A DNA stretch of 54,091 nt, counting the filler, from Sphacelaria rigidula (lineage: Eukaryota), in NCBI GenBank assembly GCA_964200075.2. It is 5 parts of 5 records of this genome, joined end to end, with 100 filler letters (N's around TTAATTAATTAA, not from the genome) between each part and the next. Parts side by side here need not be neighbours in the genome. Positions count along the whole stretch, not along the records: positions 10,840 to 21,577 come from CAXNAA020006001.1; positions 21,678 to 32,415 come from CAXNAA020006002.1; 3 more parts are not named here. One strand, 5' to 3'. Below are positions 12,927 to 25,423 of the stretch, in pieces. The position numbers and the translations under genes are program-made. A model generated the notes under the pieces. That model had not been told where the DNA came from. It saw nothing but the letters and a program-made list of their open reading frames with translations, and made no database searches. How positions within the stretch are numbered: position 1 is the stretch's first letter; each line of letters opens with the position of its first letter.

Positions 12927-14109
12927 TATTTTAGAGTCACAGACGAGCCAACCAGGATAACACTATATAAAACCAACCGCCACGGCCATACGCTTGGCCC
13001 ACAACTGAATACAACATGCGGTACTGTAGCACAGGGACCCCCAACAAGCAAATCATACGTACAAAACAAAATATCGGCAAACAGCGTGGGTGGGCTAATG
13101 CCGTGATTTATTTTCAACCTGCTTGTATGCACAGCGTTACCGCTACATAATATTCCACAACATACAACCTGGCAAGTTTGCCGTTTTGCGTGGATTGGCA
13201 TCACGCTTGGAGAAGCCAAGGACGGTCTACCGTGTATGACTAATTGGTACCTTGGTAAGGAGGAGAACACTAGACGAATAAGGGATAAGAAAAACTTGAG
13301 TGGATACCACTCAAAAAGAATCACCGAAACCCGATGTACAGTCGGCTCCCAACCTGTAGTACCAACAGGTGCATCTTGCGTGGACCCATGCAGTACTCAG
13401 TATTCGATACAAAGTGACGTGAAGAAACCACTCACGTATACATGTCACTGCGCTAAAAACAAAAGCCGTCGGCGTTTTTGCAACGACTATGGGAAGCGTG
13501 CTTTCCCATCCCTAGATTGTCGCCAGCGAAGAAGGAAATGAAGTCGAGGAGAGGACTAGACGCAAGAACCCATCGAACTACGGACAGTACGACGCATCGC
13601 CAACGACGAAAGCATCTCGAAAACTTGTACTCGAAAAAAAACACCTATAACCACCTCCGGTACAATCGGGCTGTCTGTCCATTGTACATTCTGCAGGTAA
13701 AATATATGCATATACTGCGCGACACGCCCCATAACTATTGACGTAACCGTTCCAATAAAGTATGTAAACATGTGTGCGTGTTTTCTCCGACCTGACGCAA
13801 AATACGATACTGTACACTACATCACCTGACTGTAATTGGCACGAGAGGGCAAACTTTCAAACCCACCGCAGAACACACCGTGGCGGGTAGCATGAAAAAA
13901 TAACTCGACCAGCATATCAAGTCCACGAAACACCACACCTGCCGCATGGCAAGCAACGCGCTCTCATCGGCTTTCACCGGGTCGAAGTCTGGACTTCAAT
14001 CGGACCCACATGTTTCTGCCAGTTGACGATAGCCGCCACCATCGGGTAAGACCCGTCTTTTCGAGAACGCCACTACGTTTGCCCCCCCTCCCTTGTCATT
14101 TGTCCTCAA

Positions 14110-14207
14110 CCCTTAGACAGCGCGAGTAGGTCGTCTGCTGAATCGGCATTAATTTCACTTGAAAAAAGTACGCATGATCCAGATGGACCACCCTCGCGGT
14201 CTAGGGG
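14110..14207. mobile_element. piggyBac-type MITE just downstream of the PH-like gene's stop codon
   Basis: TCAA-CCCTTAGACAGCG...CGCGGTCTAGGGG-TTAA; same core as 3080/4144. Confidence 0.8.
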
Positions 14208-14230
14208 TTAAGTGCGGCCATGTCCGCATT

Positions 14231-14525
14231 TCACACGGCGTCCTCTTGGCTTAAATTTCTGACCACTGCAACGAGGCAGTCGCACACAGCGGTCGCTTCG
14301 TTTTCATCACAAGCCTCGAAGATGAAAAAATCACGTCTTCCCTTGGGGCCGATCTTCACCAATTTATCCGTGCAGATGATTCTCGCTTTCTTGAGGCGGA
14401 CCCTCTCGAACGGATTCCCAAAGATGCCCATGACGCGGGTGATGGGCCACGTCAGTGTCCCAGCCTTCTCGTTCAGCTCGAGCCTGCGCATCACCCTCTG
14501 ATTATCCCGTTGTATCTGCGTCATC
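14231..14525 (-). CDS. Terminal exon encoding a PH-like domain (MTQIQRDNQRVMRRLELNEKAGTLTW...FFIFEACDENEATAVCDCLVAVVRNLSQEDAV*)
   Basis: Acceptor ...AATTGTACAG|G, phase 2, compatible with the donor of exon 19540-19646; G/C-ending codons. Beta-rich pattern ending in an F-x-A...amphipathic helix as in PH folds (inference). Confidence 0.65.
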
Positions 14526-14608
14526 CTGTACAATTCGTTTCGTCGTGTTTCGTGTCCATTTTGGGTCATTCCTTGGTGCATGATGATGGCCGACATCAAG
14601 TAACGTTT

Positions 14609-14970
14609 CATACGTCGGACAGATCAGCTCCCTATAGCTCGAGCTAGCTCTTTTTTAGAGTAGCTTCCTAGTGAGCTATGAGAGCTACATGAGCTACGCA
14701 TGTTTTCCCTGGGTGAGCAACAAGAGCTGTATGAGCTACACATGTTTGCCCTACGTGAGCCACCAATCCGTAGCTCATCAGCTCATATTCGTCCTGGGTG
14801 AGCTATGAGAGCTGCATGAGCTAAGCATTTTTGCCCTGGATAAGCTACCAGTAACTCATCAGCTCATATTCGCCCCGGGTGAGCCATCGGACGTAGCTCA
14901 CATGTGTATGTTTGACTACAAGTGAGCAACGGCTCGCAGATGAGCTAGCTCGTGAGCTGCCCGACGTGTG
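14609..14970. mobile_element. Non-autonomous DNA transposon, 8-bp TSD, AGCT-rich subrepeats
   Basis: TIRs CATACGTCGGACAGATCA / TGAGCTGCCCGACGTGTG; exact TSD TAACGTTT at 14601-14608 and 14971-14978; interior of GAGCT/AGCTCA repeats. Confidence 0.85.
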
Positions 14971-16335
14971 TAACGTTTGTACCCCAGACAAGGCGGCAGC
15001 AACGAATAGAGCGAGCAAAAACCAGCAACCGGCGCGACTCACACCACGGGAGAAGTACACGGTCGAACGCAGGCCGCACGATGGCAATGACGGAAATGAC
15101 AGACAACACATTCGAGTTTTGGTAGCTCAGCACTGTTACACACTCGACATGCGTCTAGCTGAATGGCACACTGATACGAGTCGAGCAAACGCACTTGTAA
15201 CCCCACACTACAGTAGTGATGAAGATCCATATGTATTTCCGCAACAAAAATGGCAATGGAAGTGTTGGAGAATGACTGTGCCTTTCGGGGTGTACAGCGA
15301 GCCACGTTGTGGTTTGTTGATACTTACAAAAGACCTCCTTGCGTCAGTAAATCTCCTGTCCGCTTCACCGCCTCAGCCTCTGGCAGTGCGATCACAGAAC
15401 CCGATGACGGTGGGGGTGACGCATCATCGCTGCAACACGCGCGTCGAAAGAAGCATACAGCACTGTAGCGTCTCAGCCTTCATGGCAATCATCGTACAGC
15501 CTTTCAGCATTTCACTCGTTGACAACCAAAATATTTGGAATCTTCACTGTTGTAAGTCCCCTAGGAACAGCCATATCAAAATAATAAATATCACGAGGCA
15601 AAGCGATGCATCAGCACAACTGAACTCAAGCGGACTGCTTCACGGTTAAAGAGTTTTGATCTTTGGACCACCAGTGTGGATCGTGTAGATCATCCAGGTC
15701 TAACAGATACATTGTTCAACGATAACATTACTGTAGGTCTACTCCACATACGACCAGCTTTTGCAGATGAACGGTCAACACTTAAGCCGCCTTCGCGCCA
15801 GAGGTTGTTTCTGTGTGTCTCTTCTTGCCGGGGATTCGGAAGAGTTTTTTGTGGTGGAGATTATAACGCCTACGTTGAATGCGTGGATGTTGGTGCGAGA
15901 AAACCCTGACCGGCTTTGCGAGACAAGTCAAGAACATGCGTGCATGCCAATTGTCTTCTTCCTTCGCCCATTCCGTTGGGTACACAATTTCATGATTTTA
16001 CAAGTCGTGCACTTTGACAGCCCGTACTGCTGCGATATGCGCAAAAACTTCAGTCTTCCCACAAATTGTAGGCTTAGCACTTTGGGGGTGTGGTGGCACA
16101 ACTCCAACATGTCTTCATACTGCACACGCGTACATCACACGCCTCGAGTGTACCACAAGTCTCCAGTGTACTACTTGCTTTGTGTGCTTCAACTGCTGCT
16201 GTTGTTCCGTACCTTCAAAGTTTCATCGTCAGCGGCTGAATAAAATACAGTGATAGCAACAGAATCATTGATGTGTTCACCGCACACAAAAGTAAAACAA
16301 GTCCAATACGCGCTGTTTCTATTCCCGCGTACAAT

Positions 16336-16412
16336 AGTCTGTCATGAGACCACGACTGGGTCCCTGGGGGGTCATTTAAAGAGCGACAATCAAAACATCA
16401 ATCAATCAATAG
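16336..16412 (+). mobile_element. Retroposon family C 3' end with (AATC)n tail, short copy
   Basis: GTCTGTCATGAGACCACGACTGGGTCCCTGGGG...GCGACAATCAA...TCAATCAATC matches the 41710 and 47540 copies. Confidence 0.7.
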
Positions 16413-17199
16413 TGTCCCACGACATGGGTACACAGTGCAGCTATCGCGACAGCACGAGAGGTGCAGAAAAATGAATCCAGAGCAAAAATTGCATGTTCTT
16501 GGTATGATTTGACATCTATCTGAGCAATATCGGGGTAAAAATATGGGGGGGCGACAAAACTATCTCGACCAATCAAACCCGATCAAAATGATCACTCCAG
16601 CGCCCCCCCAGGCCTGCTGCCTTGCATCAAAACTCATGCTCCCGCGCTTAAGTGGCTCCGCGACAGAGAGAGTGCCGTGGCGAGCCGAAGAATCATCGGT
16701 GCCTGCCAGTCTCAACCTCCCGCAGAGCAAATTGTTTCATTTCACAAGACTCGGACTAGTCGTTGTGGACACCAGTCTGTTTCCAAACCGATTCAGAGGG
16801 TGTCCATCATAACTTTTTTTACGGGGTGTCCAAGTACATCATTTTTCGATCGAAGTGCGTCAGAAAAGAAAAATGCCGATTTGATAGGTCTTCAAACGCA
16901 CGTTTCTCGCCAGAGAACACGACAAATGTTACGTTCACGCAGGTAGACACTGGTCGGCCAATATTTCGTCAACACGACTGAAAAAAAAGTGTGTCATACT
17001 GCAGTGGAAGGTGGCTTCTTCTAACGGTGTCGGGCGTCTTGCATGTGTGTCTGCAGGTGCCGGGGCATGCGTTGGAATGTCAAATACACGTTTCCATGGG
17101 TGGCGCATCATATCTATTGGACTTCCATCTGCTTGGTATGGCTGTTTTGCGCTGCATTTCTGATCGAAATAGCTGAGATTACTGCAAGAATGTCTGTGG

Positions 17200-17620
17200 G
17201 TACGATTTTTTCGTATACCCAGGGTATTTACCCGGGTATTACCCGTCTGCGACAGGCCTGTGAGTTCTGTGAGCATCTTATACCATTACCAGACAGTTTT
17301 GTGAGAATCTGCACATCCTGGACAACGGATTACATCGTCATAAAGTGTACTGGGTACAGTATCGACTATTGCGTCTACTTCAATAGACAATGTATTCCAT
17401 ATTCCATGCTGTACCCAGTATATTTTTTAAACAGGATGTGCAGATCTGTACGGCATATAGAAATACCCGGTTGCGGGTAAGGGTTTCTGTACATCCTTCA
17501 TACCGTACCTGACAGGGTTCTTCGAATTCTGTAAGACTTTCGAACCGGAACCTGAAAGTTCTGTAAATTCTGTAGTGAATCTCACACCCTACCGTACATA
17601 CCCATACCGTACAGAATTTA
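17200..17620. repeat. Degenerate TACCCGT/GTTCTGT-rich repeat segment
   Basis: Recurrent TACCCG, GGGTA and TTCTGTA motifs; no ORF. Confidence 0.5.
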
Positions 17621-18008
17621 ACCTTGGATTACTGTTTTGAGTGTTTTCGGAGGCCAGAGTAGAAGCTAGGAAAAACTGATTTTGATTGATTCGACTAATT
17701 TGATTAGTCGCACTTCGACTCATTCCCCAGGGACCCAGCCGTAGTCATTGTCGACATGATAAACGTACCCGAGGCAAAAAAAAAACTGAAAACACTCGCT
17801 CAAGAAGAGTGAATTAAGACAGAATAACGAGATCATATTGACAGAGTAGACTAAGATATGGCTTCTGCCACATGGCTTCGGTGGGGGAAAAAATGCGGCA
17901 AAAATGAAGTGAAGTAATCAGGAACATGACATAACGCGGACATTAACTGATCTGCGATAGATCCAGCCGTGATCATTTTCCACAAGATAGGCGCACCAAA
18001 GGTAGGCT

Positions 18009-19172
18009 TCTACTTATTATGCTACCATAATTTTTGGCATAATTCCACCTTGGCAGCATAAATACCATAGCGTTTCAGCAAGTAGCATTATCAAGCACAA
18101 TTTCCACGCCAGGAGCATAATGGAGCATAAATTTTCACCGTAGGGGTGGTAACACTGATCTAAATGCTGGCCTGCTGTGATATTTTGGGCGAAAACTCTG
18201 CCATCATCCACCGGGGGTCTGAAGTACATGTATGCTCTGGAACTAGTAATTCAAACTGCCAGTCTGATCGATCGCAGGTCTGAAAAACGTTTTCATGAAA
18301 GCACACGACACAAAACAATAACACGTATAATATACTGTTTAGTATGTAGTTTGAAGTGCACAGCGCACGGCGTACAGCGCACGGCGTACAGCGTACAGCA
18401 CACAGCACGGCAGCAAATCTTGGCTTCCTATTTTTTTTTCGGTTTTGCACTTTCTCTGGCTACTTGATTCTCCTTGTCTACTCCAGTATTTTTCCCAATT
18501 TCTACCCCTTCGTGTGTTTCATTTTTCGCACCTTATTTCCTGGGTTGTACCCATCTTGCAACCTCGGCTGGATTCGAAGCGGATCGGTCAATGCGAGGAG
18601 ATCAATATAACAATCATTCATCAACTAAATGCCAGTTTTTCGTTTGTCGTTGTGGTCAGACACGAGTTCCTCGACGTAGGACAGGCGACGAGTGAACACA
18701 TCATGTGATTTTGTGACGTGTCATTTCGAGTGTGGTGACGAGATGCTTCTGCATCGGCCTTCGCAGGATGCGTACAACGTGCGCTCATTGTGCCAGAATG
18801 TGATGGATATTCGAATCAGCAGGTTGCCTGCCATATGTCTTGTCTATACAGCAGTGGGGGGGGCGACATATGGCACAACATGCAGTACATGTATATAGCG
18901 CGTGATGATATACAATGATGCACCGTGTACGACAACAGGAACATAAGGTATTCAATCGTACCAATGCAGGTAGGTAGTTCGTATATATATATATATTATT
19001 CATATAGTGATCCGTGGGTCTATATCCGGTCGAAAATGGCATCCTTTTCGGATATTACGAGCATTATCGAGTATATATTCCACTTTCCGATCATAATTTT
19101 GGGTGGGATTACTAGCATAAGAAATTGAACTTACTAGCACAAGAAACTGGACTATCTAGCATAATAAGTAGA
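18009..19172. mobile_element. TIR element with AGCATAA subterminal repeats and nested inserts
   Basis: Perfect 16-bp inverted termini TCTACTTATTATGCTA / TAGCATAATAAGTAGA; AGCATAA repeats clustered at both ends; family-C-like tail at ~18430-18625 inside. Confidence 0.6.
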
Positions 19173-19539
19173 TCTTAAAGAAAGGTGAACAAAACAGAAA
19201 CGCTCGCCAAAGAAAAGAAGGTAGGAGAAACAAAAATATGTAACGAACGCACCGGAGTAAACTGGAACAAAACACAAGAACAAAAACGATTAAAACAAGC
19301 ACAAAGAAGGAAGGAAAGGAACGCACTGAGCCGATCGCGGTTCCGCCGCTTACTCGCCAAAAAGATTAATTACATATCACACCCCCTCGTCCCAGCAAAC
19401 ACATTCCGTACGTCTCGACCCATGAGAGAGGACTGAGACGCAGACTACCCCTGATGAGAACTAGAGGGATATTTCTCCTTTTTCCTGGTGCGGGTGCGGG
19501 TGGGGGTGGGGGGGGATTCCTGTAAGCAATTCTCCTCAC

Positions 19540-19646
19540 CCGGAAGCGACGGCGACCTCGTTGCTGGGGAGTACTGTTGCGTCTTTGACTAACGCAGCAT
19601 GGGCCTCCTCCGGGGCCTCCTCCGGGGCCTCCTCAGGTTCCACACC
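19540..19646 (-). CDS. Penultimate exon of the PH-like gene (GVEPEEAPEEAPEEAHAALVKDATVLPSNEVAVASG)
   Basis: AATGACGCAG| acceptor and GG|GTGAGG donor; 107 bp open, phase 0 to phase 2; splices in frame to 14525. Confidence 0.6.
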
Positions 19647-20067
19647 CTGCGTCATTTTAATCCATCACAAGAATACACAAAAATCCGGATTTGGCGATCG
19701 ACGAAATAAACAAGGAAGGTGGAGTACTGCAATTACAAAAAAAAACTATTTTGACATTTCTCCTGCTGTGTTGACCCCGACTAATCGCCTATACCTTCCT
19801 CTGTCTCATGAGTCTGGGTACTTCTGGGCTTTCAAGTATTTGGGTATTTCAGCGTTGACGATCATACCATGGTTGGGTTCGTTAGAGAGGTGAAGCGCAG
19901 ACGAAGCTGAGGAAAAAAACGGGAAAAAACACAAGATGCAGAAAAGGGTAACGCATTTTTCGTTTTGAGGCGCGGCGCTGCACGCCGGCTCAACACCTCG
20001 AAAACACGTCCCAGCACCTCGGCCCCATACCCAAGGTGTCTGGGCAGCGTACCTGCTCATTTGCTTT

Positions 20068-20588
20068 AATCTTCACAAGTGTTACTGGGCTGAACTACGG
20101 CGCCAAAAATGAGAGCCTATGAGAGTACCCTTTTTTGTAAACAAACCAGGAGAGTACACCCTGCCCTCTGCCAAAAAAATATCTCCTACACTCTCTTGCT
20201 TCATTGTTTACCCTTTTTGTGAAGTGGTGACCGTACCGCCGTCTCAGCACAAGATACGCCGAGCAGTCACAACCATAGCCATGTTCGGTAAAATTACACC
20301 CCACCAAAAAAGGCCCGAAACTCAGCGACCAATCTTCACAAGTGTTACTGGGCTGAACTACGGCGCCAAAAATGACAGCCTGTGAGAGTACCCTTTTTTG
20401 TAAACAAACCAGGAGGGTACAACCTGCCCTCTGCCAAAAATTCATCTCTTACACTTTCTCGCTCACCCTTTTTTGTGAAGAGGTGACCGTACCGCCGTCT
20501 CAGCACAAGATACGCCGAGCAGTCACAACCATAGCCACTTTCGGTAAAATTACACCCCACCAAATAAGGCCCGAAACTCAGCGACCAA
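20068..20588. repeat. Tandem duplication, 263-bp period
   Basis: Units start AATCTTCACAAGTGTTACTGGGCTGAACTACGG at 20068 and 20331; highly similar. Confidence 0.95.
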
Positions 20589-20824
20589 AAGAGTGTAGCC
20601 TCCCTGTTGGTTGGCCCGAAGACCCGGAAGATCCAACGATGCATACAGGTCGCGTGTGTGCCGGAGCTCACAATGATCCAACGAACATGGGTGAACATCT
20701 TGCTGACACACCAGCCCGAGCGGCATCATGGGGGGACGACATCAGACGGTTGCCGGATCTGCAATTTGCGGCTCGGATACGGAAATGGACACCGACTGGA
20801 TTTCGGGTTGAAGTACGAACGCCT

Positions 20825-21577
20825 AAATCCAACGGCGTAGACTGTACAATCGAGTGTCTCGCTGTAATCGTTGCCGTTGCACCCACGAGACCACCACTCG
20901 GAATACTCAAAGCTCTGAGACCGGCGCGCCGCCCAATATATCCACATGCTCTTGAAAAAGAAGGCGTTTTGTGCTGTAATGAAACGGCTGTTCTGAAACC
21001 CAGATGTGGCATTGTTCATCTGACCCCATGTGAAGGGCGCCTGTGTCGTAAGAGTCAAACTCGTGCCTACGGTACACTAACTAGACTTGCGCCTTGCATG
21101 GCTGCATCTGGAGTGCGCACCGCGTGAACCGGGTTCGAAAATACCAAAGAAATGAAGGACGGTATAGTCGACGTTTGACTGTGCACACGACGCGGCACAG
21201 CGTGCGATCACTTTCCCCCCCCCTCGACTTAATTCTGTTCCCATGTGTACAGTATGACCCTTTCATAATGTATCATCACTCACAGCCCGTGAATTTCCTT
21301 CTCAGTGGGGCTGGGCCGAGGTGAACAATTTGCTGTATTGTGAATGATGGGCGCCGCCGTTCAGCATAGTGCCATTTGTGGGGGGCATTGTCATTATGCC
21401 GCGGCGGTGTAGCGTGCTGACCTTTGCTGCTCACGATAATCCAAGTTTCCTGTACGTGTTGCTTGGGTTGTGGTGCGTCGGTCTCAGAGCTTTGAGTATT
21501 CCGAGTGGTGGTCTCGTGGGTGCAACGGCAACGATTACAGCGAGACACTCGATTGTACAGTCTACGCCGTTGGATTT
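20825..21577. repeat. Perfect 99-bp inverted repeat (20825-20923 / 21479-21577) running into the contig end
   Basis: AAATCCAACGGCGTAGACTG...GCTCTGAGACCG is the exact reverse complement of the last 99 bases of the contig. Confidence 0.92.
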
Positions 21578-21677
21578 NNNNNNNNNNNNNNNNNNNNNNN
21601 NNNNNNNNNNNNNNNNNNNNNTTAATTAATTAANNNNNNNNNNNNNNNNNNNNNNNNNNNNNNNNNNNNNNNNNNNN
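21578..21677. other. Artificial contig linker
   Basis: Same 100-bp N/TTAATTAATTAA spacer. Confidence 0.98.
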
Positions 21678-22598
21678 TGTGGGGAAAGCACTGTTTTAGG
21701 CTTGAACCTCATCTCAAAGTTAAACCTCAATTCGCACAATTTGTTGTTACTCGTGTAGTGCACGTGCACGTGAGTCTAGGTTTGACATAGTATTGCATCA
21801 GACTTCCTGCTTCTGTGTCTTGTGTGCTAGATGCATCAAGGCGCACCCATCATAAACTAGCTGGCCGATGGCCCTCTGCAACCCCCAGCTTGTTTTACTT
21901 GTATGTGCTATCTGTGCACGCGAAGCACTCCACCGTTTCAGGTGTGAGGAGGTAGTCCTGCCTCGAGCGCAGCGGCTTGACCGACTTCTCGGGTGAAACT
22001 GAAAGTATTTCGACCCTGTGGTGCAACTCGGGTAGCTTTTGCGTAGAAACAGAATGCGCTTTTGACAGTTCCAACGCGTACAAGTCGACGGTATAACCCT
22101 TGAATTTCAGCTCTGCTATTGCTCGAGACAAAAACGCCATGCAGGTGGGGGGGAATATATATTACAAGTAGTGAAGGCGTGTCTACCCATTCGTTCCAAG
22201 TTGCTGGAGGTGGACTCTACCTCCTCACCTTATATTGCGCTTGACGTTGCTCGAGCTTTGCCTTCGTACGCCACTATAATGTGCCTGTTGCAAGATCCAT
22301 ACACGCATCTAGAGCTTACCTCAAAGTAGTAAACCCGGATGCTTGATGCATCGGCGATCGAGTACCGTACTCTCGAAATGCTCAGGTCATATGAGTCGAT
22401 TTCAACTTCAGATCGGTACTCGCGCATTGTCGTTGCGAAAGCTTCTATCGCACACCCATACAGAGCCATATTTGTGCCCAAGTCTGACTATTTTAGTGTA
22501 AAACGTGCTGAGTGTTCGGTTGTTTCACTCTCTCTCACTTGAGTGAGCTATTGAATGACTTATTGAGTGTTGGGACATTTCACTCCCATGTTTTTTTA

Positions 22599-22948
22599 GT
22601 GTGTGTGTTGTCGTTCCATCTATTCTGGACGCCGGTCTGCACCTTTCGGAATATGTGGGCGCAACAGCCGGGGTCACACATGAGGAAGGCTAACGCAGGA
22701 CTTTCTTCTTTCTGTTTGTTTGAGCTCTTCACCTTCCTTCTGTGGTGCTTGCCTTCGTTATTTATCGCGAGAGGGGTTCAGCAATCTCTTTCCCTCGTCG
22801 ACCAATAAGTCGAATTTTGTGTACCCACGACCCAGTCGCTCTCCACTGTTGGGAATTGTGTGAGAAACAAAATCCCAGATCGCTCCGAGATTCGAACCCA
22901 CAACCCAGAAGGGGTCAAAGGTACCAACTGAGTCACCGGGCCGACCGG
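22599..22948 (-). mobile_element. Full-length SINE family A copy
   Basis: Reverse complement has an A box (GTGACTCAGTTGG), a B box GGTTCGAATCT, the family body and a (CA)n tail. Confidence 0.92.
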
Positions 22949-23676
22949 CATTTGCGAGTGAATCAGCTTATGACACATATTATCCTGGGTTGCCGCCGCA
23001 GGCGAGATATTCACCGCAGTTGGTCAAGGTGCTGCGTGTGACCTACTTGCTGCGGTCGCTTCCAATTACTTGTGAGTGGTGGTTTTGCTTTGGCTAGCTA
23101 GGGTTTTTTATTGTACTAAACTAAGGAAATGCTGGTGTAATGCTGTCCCACAATTTACCTCTCTACTCATTTGTATACGGAGGCCAGCCTGATTCTCCTG
23201 CGCCACTTGCTTAAGCGCGTCTCCGGACGGGGAAACGAATACAAGTTAAGAGTCCAAGTAGATGGGTCGGCACCCTCTGATAACTTGGGGCGCGGGCTGC
23301 ATGCCAGCCGCATTCGTGTCCTCCGCTGTGGACACGTTTGACGAGGCGGCCAAAAGCGCGTTGCCGGTGCCGCCCTGGGGCCTCGGGGTCACTACCACTT
23401 CAGGTTTTTGACTCACTCCCGCTCTTCTCCTCCTCGCGTGAGATGTAAAATTCGTCACCCCTGCTGTCACCGATGTCCGCGCCGCCCGTTGCAGCTGGTA
23501 CTTATATTTTCTCGACAGCATCCATTGCTTTCGCCAGAACCTTGTCCCGCAGCTCGGACACATCGAGAGTCTCGTCCGCGGCCGTTGCGGGAGGTGTGGC
23601 TTCTGCGAGTGAGGCAGAGGGGGTTGCCGCCTGCGCGTTGCTGCTGCTGTTGTTTTTATTCTCCACACCTCGCATA

Positions 23677-23725
23677 ACAATGTTTTCGTGAGATTAAGAG
23701 TAGCAGATCGGATTGAGAGTCAACA
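23677..23725. mobile_element. Left TIR fragment of the TA-MITE
   Basis: TA+ACAATGTTTTCGTGAGATTAAGAGTAG...GATTGAGAGT. Confidence 0.65.
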
Positions 23726-25423
23726 ACTTATTCGAACGACAGTCACATGCAGCTTTTGAATTGTTGCACGACACGTTGATGCGTAGCAAAATAAGAGGCT
23801 AGTTAACCGTCGTTAGGTTACGCTTTAGAATGATTGACATAATTTTACAGGTATCGCTAACCCGAAGCCTAACCCCAACCCCACGAATACTGAGAACCCT
23901 TGAGAAATGGCGGAAGATACACCCCCTGGGCAAAGTGCGGCCTTGGTAGACCTCAAATCGGCGCCTGTTGCGCCGATTTCAAGGAGAACGCGTTCGGCGC
24001 ATGCGAGGAGCACATGCCACTGTCAGTCCCACTACAATTCCGATTCTCGTCGTTTACCCTCAAATCAAGTAATATCAACCATTCTGAAGCGTAGCCCAAC
24101 GCCGGTAAACTCTACTGAAATAAATTGTCAGCGGATGCCCCTAAAATAGACGTCACGAGCCCGAGACGAAAGAATATCAAGGCTGAATGCGCCGGTTGAT
24201 GACTCGCGTGTGATTGCTTGCTTTTATATGTCGAGAAAAAGCACAACACGTCGTGGGTCACAATACTCCGAGTTCGTTATCGCATGAGACTGTTGACATC
24301 TTCGCAGACTGGAACGTAGGTCCCAGCCGTTAAGTTTCGGCTTGAATCTTTCCTTAGTCTGAGATTCGAAATAATGCCAACGATCACCGTACACCTGCGC
24401 CAGCCACCTGGCAACAACATACCGTTTGTGTGTGCAATCATTTTATAATATAGCTCAACGTCGGCTCGGAAAATAATCGGAACTAACGAAAACCCAATCC
24501 TTGTGGTCCGGAGCGCAAAATATTTATCTATGAAAAGAGAAACTAACGACGGTGACCGTTCGATTCTTGGGAATGGTACCTAATCGGTAGAGCGTACCCT
24601 CTCATTGTACAGAATAATCGGAATAACTTCGTCATGACATGGGGATTTCACGATGCAACCTATTGGGTAGCTGTCGATAAAGCATGTTTGATATGTTGAA
24701 GCAATGTGTACTGCAGTTACGTTCAACATACCGAGCCATGCTACGATAGGGGGGGGGAGGGGGGGGGGTCGATTCCGCGGAAAACTGGGCTCATAGGTGC
24801 GGCAGACGACCCAACACACTCGCGGTGCGCGTGTATTTTGGGCAAAGCGATGCCAAGCAGTATGAATGAGCGCTATAAATCGGGAGCAAACGCGTCGAAC
24901 TACCGTTGCTGCTATCAACGACGATTGCAAGTGGAGTTTCGTCAAAGAAAACGACCCAAAATACCCTCCCTCCTATCGTAGCATGACTCTACCAATATAT
25001 CTTATTCAAACTAGAGCACATGGGAGATTCGTGATCAGGTGGCATAACCCTTGCATCTACTGTTGGGAACATAGGCCGGGATTTCACTTCCGATTATCAA
25101 GAAGGTGGCCGATCGACGTGTCATTATTCAGCAACCTACATGACAACGAAATGCCCACAGTCGGCGGTTTGTGTAGGTCAAGCCCTCTATCGAGGAGGGG
25201 GCATGAATGGGATAGAGGTGGCGTTGTACTGCCACATGCCGAAAAAAAGTGGATTTCGATGCCCCCTGCTCCAAGTACGGGAGAGGTGAAACAGGAGCGG
25301 TGGTATACACGAGGCTACTTAACCGTCGTTGGGCTATGTTTTGGAATGGTTGACACAATTTTACAAGTATCGCTACCCTTCACACGTCGGACAACTCATC
25401 TTGTATACCTCATTTTCGTACAA

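Noticed and set aside
20372-21127. 251-aa plus-strand ORF
   Set aside because: Built from a tandem-repeat unit and an inverted-repeat arm; no recognisable motifs.
23246-23670. Coding-like Ala/Thr/Glu-rich minus-strand stretch
   Set aside because: The most protein-like frame has internal stops and no clear splice sites; probably a decayed TE ORF cut by a MITE, family not assignable.
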